Source: a virus (taxonomy: Duplodnaviria; Caudoviricetes). Taken from it: a stretch of DNA of 25,061 bases. Positions 16,323 through 24,087 of the stretch are shown here, piece after piece. The notes beneath the pieces are model-generated. The model saw nothing but the letters and a program-made list of their open reading frames with translations, was not told where the DNA came from and searched no databases. A program made the position numbers and the translations under genes. The stretch is taken from IMG/VR virus record IMGVR_UViG_3300044448_000851, positions 1 through 25,061 of that record. The stretch is one strand, 5' to 3'. Each line of letters starts with the position of its first letter. Positions within the stretch are counted from its first letter, which is position 1.

Positions 16323-16525
16323 TCAGACTTGCGGGCCGACGACCAGAAACAGGCGCTGCCCGTCTCCTTTGGTGTTCAAGTTTTCTGCAAACCCGCTCCG
16401 ACCGGCCCGGTCGTCGGCAGCCCGCTGGGCTACCGTTTCGGCGGCGTCGCCCGGTCCACGCTGTGGATCGAGCTCGACCGCGTCTGCGGCGCGCAGGTGC
16501 GTCTACATGACGCGGGAACCTGCGC
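16323..16525 (-). ncRNA. Structured 5' leader of the major capsid gene
   Basis: The only long non-coding gap in the late region, and almost fully paired. It has a 5' hairpin (16491-16525), three C-AGC-G loop hairpins and a 10-bp stem (16335-16344/16409-16418). Confidence 0.6.
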
Positions 16526-16529
16526 GGCG

Positions 16530-16539
16530 GCATTGTATC
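16530..16539 (-). promoter_or_regulatory. Putative late promoter -10 element GATACAATGC
   Basis: TACAAT at 16537-16532 follows the upstream stop codon. The predicted TSS (~16525) coincides with the first base of the leader hairpin. It is 9/10 identical to the motif at 24093-24102. Confidence 0.6.
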
Positions 16540-16541
16540 CG

Positions 16542-16901
16542 CTAGGGCGTGCCGGGGTCAACCGGCGGCTTCTGGGCGGCCTTGCGTGGCCTGCCCGGCT
16601 TGCGCTTGGCTGGCGTGCTCGTTTGTTGGAACACGTAAACACGCAGCCCTTGGCGGCTGGTGCTGTGCCCGACGCAGTCCCAGTTCTCGGCGACGCTCGT
16701 ATGCGTGTCCTTGTGGGTAAGCAGCCACAGGCGCAGCGGCTCCTCCTCGTGGGCCATCTCCGGCGACAGCATGTCGGCGAACCAGTAGCCGCTGCCGCTC
16801 TGGTAGACGCGCAGCAGCTTGCTGCCCTTGGGCTGCACAAGGTCCACGGGTCCGCTGTGATGGCGGAACTGCACGCTGTGCATTCGCATCATTCTGTCCA
16901 T
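16542..16901 (-). CDS. Hypothetical beta-rich protein with C-terminal AT-hook-like motif
   Basis: GGAGG lies upstream; an alternative start at 16892 gives an ATGA overlap. The C-terminus contains KRKPGRPRK. Confidence 0.7.
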   Translation of the reverse strand: MDRMMRMHSVQFRHHSGPVDLVQPKGSKLLRVYQSGSGYWFADMLSPEMAHEEEPLRLWLLTHKDTHTSVAENWDCVGHSTSRQGLRVYVFQQTSTPAKRKPGRPRKAAQKPPVDPGTP

Positions 16902-17659
16902 TGTGCCTCCCCGCGCGCGACCTTCTCGGACGCCTGCAAGAACGCCACCGGGTCTGACTGAACGTCAGCCATGCGGATGCGGTTCCCGCCGACGCCGCCG
17001 CCAGGCGTAGCTCCGCCGCCGTCCCCACCGTCAAACAGGTGCGGCGCATCGCTCACGGTGCGATCCAGCCATTCCTCGATGGTCAGCGACTCGCCGCGCT
17101 CGCCCACGTTGTCGTGCTTAGCGACCAGCGCATCCAGTGCATCGTTCGGCTCGAAGGTGCCCCCCGCCCTTGTGAGTAGGTCGGCACGGGCCGTGGGGCG
17201 TAGGCGCAGCTTCTTGCGCTCGAGAGCTCCCGCGAGCTGCTCGCCCAGGTAAACGCTGCCAAACCTCTGGCGCGCGGCCTGCTTGTCGTTCTCGGCCTGC
17301 TCTCGCTGCGCGTGCAGATCCTCAAGCTGGCGCTGGTATTCGCTCTTGATCGACTGCGTGCGGCGCTCGAGCACCTCGTCGAACTGCCCCGACTTGAGCA
17401 GCGCGGCCTCCTCCTCGCCCTGCGCCTTGTCCAGCATGCTCTTGTACTGGCCTCGGATCTGCTCCTGCTCCGTCATCAGCTCCTCAAGCTGGGCCTTCAT
17501 CCGAATGTTGTTGTCGCGCATCTCGCGGTATCGGGTCAGGTCAACCGCCGGGCTGTCGCCGGTCTCAACTTGGAGCTGCCATCCGTTGCCGGTGTCGGCG
17601 TAGTAATCGCGCAGACCCTCCGGGATCTCGTCCTGCGCTGCGTAGGTCTTTCTCAGCAT
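16889..17659 (-). CDS. Capsid scaffolding protein
   Basis: N-terminal L...Y....EIPE.LR.YY......W.L.VE, FR.NNI-like MRDNNI, a long coiled coil, and APHLF...GGGA. Confidence 0.85.
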   Translation of the reverse strand: MLRKTYAAQDEIPEGLRDYYADTGNGWQLQVETGDSPAVDLTRYREMRDNNIRMKAQLEELMTEQEQIRGQYKSMLDKAQGEEEAALLKSGQFDEVLERRTQSIKSEYQRQLEDLHAQREQAENDKQAARQRFGSVYLGEQLAGALERKKLRLRPTARADLLTRAGGTFEPNDALDALVAKHDNVGERGESLTIEEWLDRTVSDAPHLFDGGDGGGATPGGGVGGNRIRMADVQSDPVAFLQASEKVARGEAQWTE

Positions 17660-17662
17660 CGT

Positions 17663-17731
17663 CTACCTCTTGGGCTTGGGTTTCGTGGTCGTGGGCTTCT
17701 TGGGCTTCTTGCCCTTCTTGTATTTGTGCAT
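17663..17731 (-). CDS. Putative 22-aa Lys/Pro-rich micropeptide MHKYKKGKKPKKPTTTKPKPKR
   Basis: The ATG is 2 nt after the gpF-like stop and the TAG is 3 nt before the scaffold ATG, so the ORF exactly fills the gap. Confidence 0.5.
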   Translation of the reverse strand: MHKYKKGKKPKKPTTTKPKPKR

Positions 17732-17733
17732 TT

Positions 17734-18798
17734 TTAAAGCCTGTCTTTCTGTCGTAATTCCTCCAGCGTCAGCGGCTGCAAGTCGCGGCCTAGCATCTGC
17801 TGCAAGGTGATGTCGCCGCGACGCCATGCCGCTGCCTTGGTCTTGCCCAGCATCTCGTTCTGCTCGGCCTGTGGGCGCGTCTGTAGCCATTCCTCGAACG
17901 TGACCTTGGCCTCGACCTGACCATCAAACGCCGCGCGCGTGCCCTCCGGCTCCTCGTCGAAAAACGGCACGGCAGTGCTGCGACAGTTGGGATGCAGCGG
18001 CGGCATTGGCCCCTCGCCCACCGGGTAGGTCTTGCCGTCTAGGCTAGCGCACAGGATGGTCGTGCGGCTGTCGAGCGTGGCCACGAAGCGCCACCGCTCA
18101 ATGCCGAGCTCGCGGAACGTCTCCTCGCGCGCCGCGTTGCTCTCCGTCGTCGCAGCAGTCCGCACCAGCGTCTCGACGCCTGTTGCAGCCTTGTCCAGTA
18201 TGCCCTCCTCGGTGCGCGATCCACGGATGCCGCGCACGATCTGATCGACGGTCTCGCCCTGCTCAAGTCCCTGCAGGATGCGCCGCCGCAGGCTGTCGCC
18301 CGTGGGCGCTTGCAGCATCTTGTCGAACCACTGCTCCGGCGTGTCGCCCATGACGCGCTGCTGCGACGGGTCTGGCGCTTGCACCAGCGGTATGGCTTGG
18401 TCGGTCGTGCGCTCGACGTTCTCGGCTACGAAGTCGGCCTCGCGCTGCCCCACCTCTTGCAGCCGTGCCTCTGTCAACTGGCGCAGCTCCAGGATGCCGC
18501 GCTGCAAGATCAGGTCGATCTCGTCTAGTAGTAGGGCGAGCTGCGGGTATCGCTCAGGTGTGACCTCGCGCCCGCGTGCGTCGATGCCCGCTAAGGTGCC
18601 CCCGATGCTGTCGAGCAGCGGCTCCACCACAAGCCTGCGGAACTGCTGCACGGCCTCGATCTGCACGCCGCGCACGCCTCGAGCCATCAGCACATCATGC
18701 CGATTGAAGCGCGTGAGGAACTCGCTGGCGCGCTGCTTGAGCTCGCGCCGTAGGCGAGCGCGCAGCTCGGGGTCGATCGGCGGCGGCAGTCCGGTCAT
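17734..18798 (-). CDS. Minor head protein (Mu gpF / SPP1 gp7 family)
   Basis: Contains LVRTA, WRFVATLDSRTT..C.SLDGK.Y and PPLHPNCRST. It follows the portal. Confidence 0.92.
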   Translation of the reverse strand: MTGLPPPIDPELRARLRRELKQRASEFLTRFNRHDVLMARGVRGVQIEAVQQFRRLVVEPLLDSIGGTLAGIDARGREVTPERYPQLALLLDEIDLILQRGILELRQLTEARLQEVGQREADFVAENVERTTDQAIPLVQAPDPSQQRVMGDTPEQWFDKMLQAPTGDSLRRRILQGLEQGETVDQIVRGIRGSRTEEGILDKAATGVETLVRTAATTESNAAREETFRELGIERWRFVATLDSRTTILCASLDGKTYPVGEGPMPPLHPNCRSTAVPFFDEEPEGTRAAFDGQVEAKVTFEEWLQTRPQAEQNEMLGKTKAAAWRRGDITLQQMLGRDLQPLTLEELRQKDRL

Positions 18799-18968
18799 GT
18801 TTCAATGCCTGCTCGCGGCGTGTAGATAAAAACAACGCGCCCGCACGTGTTGCAGCTTAGGTTGCTCACCATTCCGTAATCGTCTTGCGGTTCGCAGTCG
18901 TGATCGCCGCCATGAATTAGCTTGGCACCGCACACGCAGACGACATCGACATATGTGGTGTCCGTCAT
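18795..18968 (-). CDS. Small Zn-ribbon-like protein (57 aa), absent from the ORF track
   Basis: Manual translation gives MTDTTYVDVVCVCGAKLIHGGDHDCEPQDDYGMVSNLSCNTCGRVVFIYTPRAGIET. It has ATGA overlaps at both ends and CxC...CxxC motifs. Confidence 0.8.
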   Translation of the reverse strand: MTDTTYVDVVCVCGAKLIHGGDHDCEPQDDYGMVSNLSCNTCGRVVFIYTPRAGIET

Positions 18969-20662
18969 GCGTCAGCTCGGGGTTGCTGAACGAAGCGAGC
19001 CATCTGCGCCTCGAGCGCGCGCTCCTTCTCGTCTTCTGCGGCCTGTAGCTCGGCCTCGACCTCGACCTCGCCCAGCATGCCCAGCGCCTTGACCTGTGCC
19101 AGATAGGTGCGCTGGCTCAAGCGACCCTCGCGCACATCGGTCTGCAGCATCAGCAGTTCATCCTTGCGGCTGCGGCCCGGCGCGCCCATCTGGATGCGCT
19201 CACGCTCGGCGTCGTCGCTCACGCCAGGCGGCAGCATCTCGCCGCGTCGCAGGTTGTAGGCGTAGGTTTCCCAGCTAATCGTGCCCGCTTGCAGGCTCTG
19301 CGTCAGCGTGGCCAGCTCGCCCGACTCCATGCGCGACGCATCGAAGTCTGCCACGAGGCTGTATCGGATCTCCTCCGCCGTTGTCGTGTCGTCGTAGGCT
19401 GGCAACTGCCACGCCATCCACCGCTGCATGGCGCGCGTCGTGGCCTCGCTGACGTTCTCGGCGATCGTCGACAGCACGCTGCGCTCGCCCGCTTGACGCA
19501 GCCGCACAGTGCCCATCGCCTCCGCCGTCGATGGCTGCTCCTCGAGCATGCGCGCGCCCAGCACGGCCATCTGCTGCTCTTTGTCTTTGAGTCCTTCGCG
19601 GATGTGGCCAAGGCCCGCGCCGCTGAACTCCAAGTATTGAGCGTTAGCGCCCGGCTCTGGGCTGGCCCATGCGTAGCCGCATCCGACCATCAGCTTGGCA
19701 CCTTCCTCCAGTTGGAAGCCTGAGACCCACGGCTGCGGGATCGCGGTCATGTGTCGGCCCCATTCCAGGTCCGCGCTGCCTCGGTAGTGCGACAGCATGA
19801 CGTTGCACAGGCCGAGCATGGGCGCGGTCTCGATGTCCACCGACACGCCGCCGACGGCGTTGACGATGTCCATGGGGATCTCGTTCCAATAGCGCCCGCC
19901 GTTCTTGGTGGGCACCTTGACGGCGACAAGCTCAAGCTGGCCGCTACGCACGCCGCTGCCCTTCTTGGCCGACGCGCGCCAATACTCCTGCCAGTACACC
20001 ATCTCGCTGGCAGGCGCAGACGCTAGCGCCTCGCCGCCCATGGCGCGCAGCGCATACTCGTGGTCGCTGACGAAGCCCAGCCGCAGGATCAAGAACTGCT
20101 CGCGCAGCTCGGTCTCGTTGCCAATGAGGTCGCCTTGCTTGGGCACCTCGTAGGTCTGGCGGATCGTCACCGTCGTCGGCACCTTGCGCCCGCCCATGTC
20201 CTTGCAGTGCCAGAAGACGATGTCCTCGGCCTTGAACATGCACAGATACGGCGGCAGCGTCGCATCCTCGCCGCGCTCGACCAGCAGACCGTAGCGGCCC
20301 ACGCTCACGGCCTCGGTGAGCTGCTGCATGACGATGGCTTGCAGCCCCTCGTAGTTTGGCCCGGCGTTGTCCTCGAGCTGCTGCAGTTGCGCGTCGGGCA
20401 CGCCCTCGATCGTAGGCGGGCGGCGCATGACGGCACCGACCAAGCCGGCCTGCGTGCGCGACGCCGCGCCGTAGAACGATGCCCGCAGCAAGTAATTGTT
20501 GTAGCTCTCGAGCGCGTAGATGTCGCCGCTCTCGCGCTGGCTGGTGAGCATCGGCAGGTATCGCTCCCGCTCGTGCTTGACCTTGTCCTCGCCCTCGATG
20601 CAGTCGCGGACCTTGCGCCACAGCGGCGCGGCAGCTTGGTATTCGTTGTGGTAGATGTTCAT
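18965..20662 (-). CDS. Portal protein (DUF4055 type)
   Basis: Contains W..VRDC.EGE..VK.....YLP, Y..YL.RA.FY, GRYGLLV, HYR.SAD.E...H....P, YLEF.G and M..LGAR. It follows TerL. Confidence 0.92.
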   Translation of the reverse strand: MNIYHNEYQAAAPLWRKVRDCIEGEDKVKHERERYLPMLTSQRESGDIYALESYNNYLLRASFYGAASRTQAGLVGAVMRRPPTIEGVPDAQLQQLEDNAGPNYEGLQAIVMQQLTEAVSVGRYGLLVERGEDATLPPYLCMFKAEDIVFWHCKDMGGRKVPTTVTIRQTYEVPKQGDLIGNETELREQFLILRLGFVSDHEYALRAMGGEALASAPASEMVYWQEYWRASAKKGSGVRSGQLELVAVKVPTKNGGRYWNEIPMDIVNAVGGVSVDIETAPMLGLCNVMLSHYRGSADLEWGRHMTAIPQPWVSGFQLEEGAKLMVGCGYAWASPEPGANAQYLEFSGAGLGHIREGLKDKEQQMAVLGARMLEEQPSTAEAMGTVRLRQAGERSVLSTIAENVSEATTRAMQRWMAWQLPAYDDTTTAEEIRYSLVADFDASRMESGELATLTQSLQAGTISWETYAYNLRRGEMLPPGVSDDAERERIQMGAPGRSRKDELLMLQTDVREGRLSQRTYLAQVKALGMLGEVEVEAELQAAEDEKERALEAQMARFVQQPRADA

Positions 20663-21969
20663 TGTCTGAATGCCACGGTCGTCGCGGTCGTGCGGTCTAC
20701 GGGGAACAGGTAGGCGATCGGATAGCCGAATGCGTCCAGCAGGTGCGACATATCCTTCTGCACCTGTTTGTTGCTGTCCGCGTGCGTGTAGCCGAGCAAG
20801 TAGGCGCGCATTTTACGACATGACGGGGACAAGGTCACCCGCCCGTGGCGCATGGATCCGTTCACCGCGTTGATGCGGTCCACGATCTGCGGGTTCGCCC
20901 GTCGGGCTGAGATGGTGAACCCTGCCTCGCGCAGATAGCCGAACGCGCTCTTGCCGCCCGCCCCTGCGTGCTGGCGGTTCTGGCCGCTGGCGTCCGGGTA
21001 GATCCGGCGGATGCTGGGATACGTCTGGCGGATGAACGCAGCCGCCTGCTCGGCGTCGCAGTTGGGCAGCTCGTGCTCGGCAACCACATGCATGCGGGTC
21101 TGCGTGCGCCAAAAGACAACAAAGGCCAGCGGGTTGACGTTGAAGTCCATGCCCACGCAGAGCTCGGCGTCGGCGGGCTGCTCGAGCGCCACGCTGTGCT
21201 GCTCGGGGTCGAAGCTGTGATAGACGCGCCCGGTGGACAGGTTGACGAACTTGCCCTGCACGTATGCCTGCGCAGCGGCCTCGTCGTAGGTGTTGGTCAG
21301 CCGCTCGACGTAGTCATCCGGCAGCGCGCGGTTTGCCGTGCTGGCGCACTGCACCAGCCCCAGGTCGTGCTTCTCCCGCATCTCGCCCTGGAACAGGTCG
21401 TATCCCCAGCCCACGACGCCCTCGGGCGTGCCTGTGACGTTGATCTCCCTGTGCCGGGCGTCTGGGTGCCGCACGCGAGCCAGGATCTGCTCGAACATCT
21501 CGACGGGCTGGATAAACGGCTCGTCGATCCCAGCCGCTGCAATGTTGGCACCCTTCAACCGCTCGGGCCGCTCGCCCGACATGCAAAGGATGGTGGCCGT
21601 GCGGTCGCGGTAGCGGATGTGGAACCTGTAGGGCTGACTGCGGAACAGGTGATACGTCAGGTGCGGCTCGTTGCGGCTCTTGCCGTCGAGCAGCTCGTCG
21701 AGCGTCTGCACGATCGTCGTCAGCGCGAACGGGTAGCTGGGGCTGACGGTGACCACGGGCACGGGCGCGTTCTTGATGGCCAGCCAGATCATGCGCTTGG
21801 CCAGGGCCAGGGTCTTGCCGCCCCCGTAGCCGGTGACGAGGCCCCGGATAAAGTTGGGCATTTCCCACCATTCCCGCTGATGCGCGAACATGCCGCCCCG
21901 TGCGATGCTGCCGTCCTCGGCCAGCTCGGGTTCGTCCATGCGCCAGAAGGGTGCGACGGTCGTGGTCAA
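20659..21969 (-). CDS. terL: Terminase large subunit
   Basis: Q motif HQ, Walker A GYGGGKT, Walker B AAGIDE, coupling motif TGTPEG, and nuclease motifs GMDFNVNP, YPDASG and HLLDAFGY. The TTG start overlaps the TerS stop. Confidence 0.95.
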   Translation of the reverse strand: MTTTVAPFWRMDEPELAEDGSIARGGMFAHQREWWEMPNFIRGLVTGYGGGKTLALAKRMIWLAIKNAPVPVVTVSPSYPFALTTIVQTLDELLDGKSRNEPHLTYHLFRSQPYRFHIRYRDRTATILCMSGERPERLKGANIAAAGIDEPFIQPVEMFEQILARVRHPDARHREINVTGTPEGVVGWGYDLFQGEMREKHDLGLVQCASTANRALPDDYVERLTNTYDEAAAQAYVQGKFVNLSTGRVYHSFDPEQHSVALEQPADAELCVGMDFNVNPLAFVVFWRTQTRMHVVAEHELPNCDAEQAAAFIRQTYPSIRRIYPDASGQNRQHAGAGGKSAFGYLREAGFTISARRANPQIVDRINAVNGSMRHGRVTLSPSCRKMRAYLLGYTHADSNKQVQKDMSHLLDAFGYPIAYLFPVDRTTATTVAFRQ

Positions 21970-22325
21970 TCGAAGCGCGGGTCGGGTTCGTGCTGGGCTT
22001 CTACGGCAGGCATCTCGCGCTTGGCGTATCGCTCAGGGAATCGGCGCTCGAGCATCCAGGCGGCGGCGGTCCACTGCTTGTCCATGTGCCGCAGGATCTT
22101 GCCGTGGATGCTGCTTTCTGCCTTGGCTTCTGCCTTTTCTATGAGCGTTGCAAAGTCGGCGTGGCGGGCCTTGTGGGAGCGCAGGCTGGCACCGCTGACG
22201 CCGTGCATCTGGGCAGCTCGGTCAGGCCAGACGCCCAGCTCGATGGTCCGCAGGATCTTGTCGATGACCTCGTCCGTCATCACGCTGCGCGGTCGCCCGC
22301 GTGGCTTGGCCTTGGCCTTAGCCAT
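21966..22325 (-). CDS. terS: Terminase small subunit
   Basis: Contains GRPR, an HTH (AAQMHGVS) and WTAAAWMLERRFPERY. It is coupled directly upstream of TerL. Confidence 0.85.
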   Translation of the reverse strand: MAKAKAKPRGRPRSVMTDEVIDKILRTIELGVWPDRAAQMHGVSGASLRSHKARHADFATLIEKAEAKAESSIHGKILRHMDKQWTAAAWMLERRFPERYAKREMPAVEAQHEPDPRFD

Positions 22326-23484
22326 TCCGCACCGCCTTCTGCCCGGTCAGGTTCTCCCACCGCTGGACGATCACGTCGCAGTAGGCGGGGTCGATCTCCA
22401 TGGCCAAGCATCTCCGGCTGGACTGTTCGCAAGCGATAAGGGTGGTTCCGGAGCCTGCGAACGGGTCCAAGATGCTATTGCCCTTCGCTGCCGACACGCT
22501 TGCCGCCATCACGGCGACGGGTTTTTGCGTGGGGTGCCACCGCTCCATGTCTCCCTTCTCCCGATTGTTCCAGCCGCCCCAGGGGACGCGTACAATGGAC
22601 CTTGCCTGCCTGCGCCGCGACCAGCAAACCTCAAACGGTGCTCCGGGTATTGCGTCGGCGGCTTCTGATGCTCGCTTGTCCCAGATGATCCACGATCCCC
22701 CAGGCGGCAGTCGGTCGTAGAACCAGTCGCCGCCCCACAGCAAGACATCACCTGACGTCGCGCTCAAAACTGCGGTGGGGTCGAAGTGTTGGTCATCTCC
22801 ATGCACGGGCTTGACGACCCTACGTGCGGAGTTGTCCATGCCATTCTGAGCGGTGCCTGCTGTCCCGCCGTACGACATGCCATACGGGGGGTCGCTGACC
22901 ACCGCGTCGGGCTTCTCTCCCCCTAGAAGCGCCGCCATGTGTTCAGTGTTCGCACAGTCCCCACACAGCAGCCGATGCTGGCCTAGCGTCCACAGGTCGC
23001 CCGGCTGCGTGATCGGGTCGGCGGGCGGCTCCGGTGCCTCGTCCTCGACGATCTCGTCAGGCTCGAGGCCGCGCATCAGGCCGGCCAGCTCCTTATCGTC
23101 GAACGCCAGCATGTCGCGGGTCGGCTCGTCCATGCCGTCCAGCAGGCTGGCCAGCGTCTCGTCGTCCCATTCCGCGAGCTCGGCGGTGCGGTTGTCCGCG
23201 ATGGCAAACTGGCTAGCGGTGGCGTTGTCATCGTCCAACACGACGGCCGCGATGGTCTCCCAGCCTAGCGCCTTTGCTGCCTCCAGCGTGCCGTTGCCCG
23301 CGCGCACGATCATGCCCTCGGCTTGCACCACGACGGGCTTGCGCTGCCCAAATGCGGACAGCGACGCCTTGATGGCGTCCAGGTTGCGCGGCCCGTGCTT
23401 GCGGGCGTTGGCCGGGTCGGGCGTCAGGTCCGCGATGGACATGGAAAGCCGCCGCAGCGGCTCCGCGATGTGGGCATCTGTCAT
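22318..23484 (-). CDS. ParB/Srx-like domain fused to beta-class N6/N4 DNA methyltransferase (388 aa)
   Basis: Restarted at ATG 23484 (ATGA overlap). The ParB-like part has L.PDP.NARKH, FGQRKP, AGNGT and ADNRTAELAEWD. The MTase part has GDLW.LG.HRLLCGD, DPPY, HPTQKP and DPFAGSGTT. Confidence 0.92.
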   Translation of the reverse strand: MTDAHIAEPLRRLSMSIADLTPDPANARKHGPRNLDAIKASLSAFGQRKPVVVQAEGMIVRAGNGTLEAAKALGWETIAAVVLDDDNATASQFAIADNRTAELAEWDDETLASLLDGMDEPTRDMLAFDDKELAGLMRGLEPDEIVEDEAPEPPADPITQPGDLWTLGQHRLLCGDCANTEHMAALLGGEKPDAVVSDPPYGMSYGGTAGTAQNGMDNSARRVVKPVHGDDQHFDPTAVLSATSGDVLLWGGDWFYDRLPPGGSWIIWDKRASEAADAIPGAPFEVCWSRRRQARSIVRVPWGGWNNREKGDMERWHPTQKPVAVMAASVSAAKGNSILDPFAGSGTTLIACEQSSRRCLAMEIDPAYCDVIVQRWENLTGQKAVRNG

Positions 23485-23789
23485 TCGCTGGCGCTTTCGG
23501 CTCCAAGGGTGACGCGGCTGTAGATCGTCTGCAAGGCTGGCGAAGCGGCTAGGCGCTTCGACATGTCGCGGATGCCCTGGATCACGGTGCTGTGGTGCCT
23601 GTTGCCAATGAGCGCGGCGATCTCCCGGAGCTGCCATCCCTGCTCTCGTAGAGCTGCCATCAGCAACTTGCGCGGCGCGCTGACGGTCTGACTGCGTCCT
23701 GGGCCGAGCAACTGCTCACGGTTCACGCCGAACTCGGAGCAGATGCGGGCGATGTAGGGGTCTGCGTTGGTCTGTGTGTCGTTAATCAT
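23481..23789 (-). CDS. Stand-alone DnaA C-terminal (domain IV)-like HTH protein
   Basis: FGV.REQLLG..R...V..PR...M...R.....L.EIA..IG.RHHSTVI.G matches the Bac_DnaA_C pattern (RDHTTV). Confidence 0.8.
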   Translation of the reverse strand: MINDTQTNADPYIARICSEFGVNREQLLGPGRSQTVSAPRKLLMAALREQGWQLREIAALIGNRHHSTVIQGIRDMSKRLAASPALQTIYSRVTLGAESASE

Positions 23790-24087
23790 TGGAGTCTCGT
23801 TCGATCTTGGCCAGCTCGGAGCGCACCCACGCCTGCCCGGCGCTGCCTCCCCATAGGCCCCAGGCGATATTTGCGGCGCTGTCGCGCGGTGCGCTGCTGG
23901 CGTCCTGCCCTCCGTGGCGTGCGAAGTAGCTGGCCATGCGGCGCAGCGTGCTCTCGCTGATGTTGCGCCCGTTGGCTAGGTCTCGAGCGCGAGCCACGCC
24001 CACCTCGGTGCCGCCGCGCCCGTGGCGCTTGCGGCGTTCCAAAGCGTTGCGGGCGGTGCGGCGCACATCTGCGGGAGGCACTGGCAT
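23782..24087 (-). CDS. Conserved phage protein (GRGGT...RM.SYFARH...IAW.LWGG family)
   Basis: This motif set is recognised from many phage head modules. The likely start is ATG 24087, 7 nt after TATAAT; the track start is 24108. Confidence 0.8.
   Translation of the reverse strand: MPVPPADVRRTARNALERRKRHGRGGTEVGVARARDLANGRNISESTLRRMASYFARHGGQDASSAPRDSAANIAWGLWGGSAGQAWVRSELAKIERDSND

Noticed and set aside
16323-16525. Possible hammerhead ribozyme or tRNA in the capsid leader (CCGAAACGG seen)
   Set aside because: No CUGANGA core in the right context, and no cloverleaf or T-loop consensus.
15285-16961. 558-aa + strand ORF
   Set aside because: It is the antisense shadow of the capsid gene. GC-rich codon bias suppresses stops, and it has no recognisable motifs.
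20968-22668. 566-aa + strand ORF
   Set aside because: It is antisense to terL, terS and the MTase, which have clear motifs; this is a shadow ORF.
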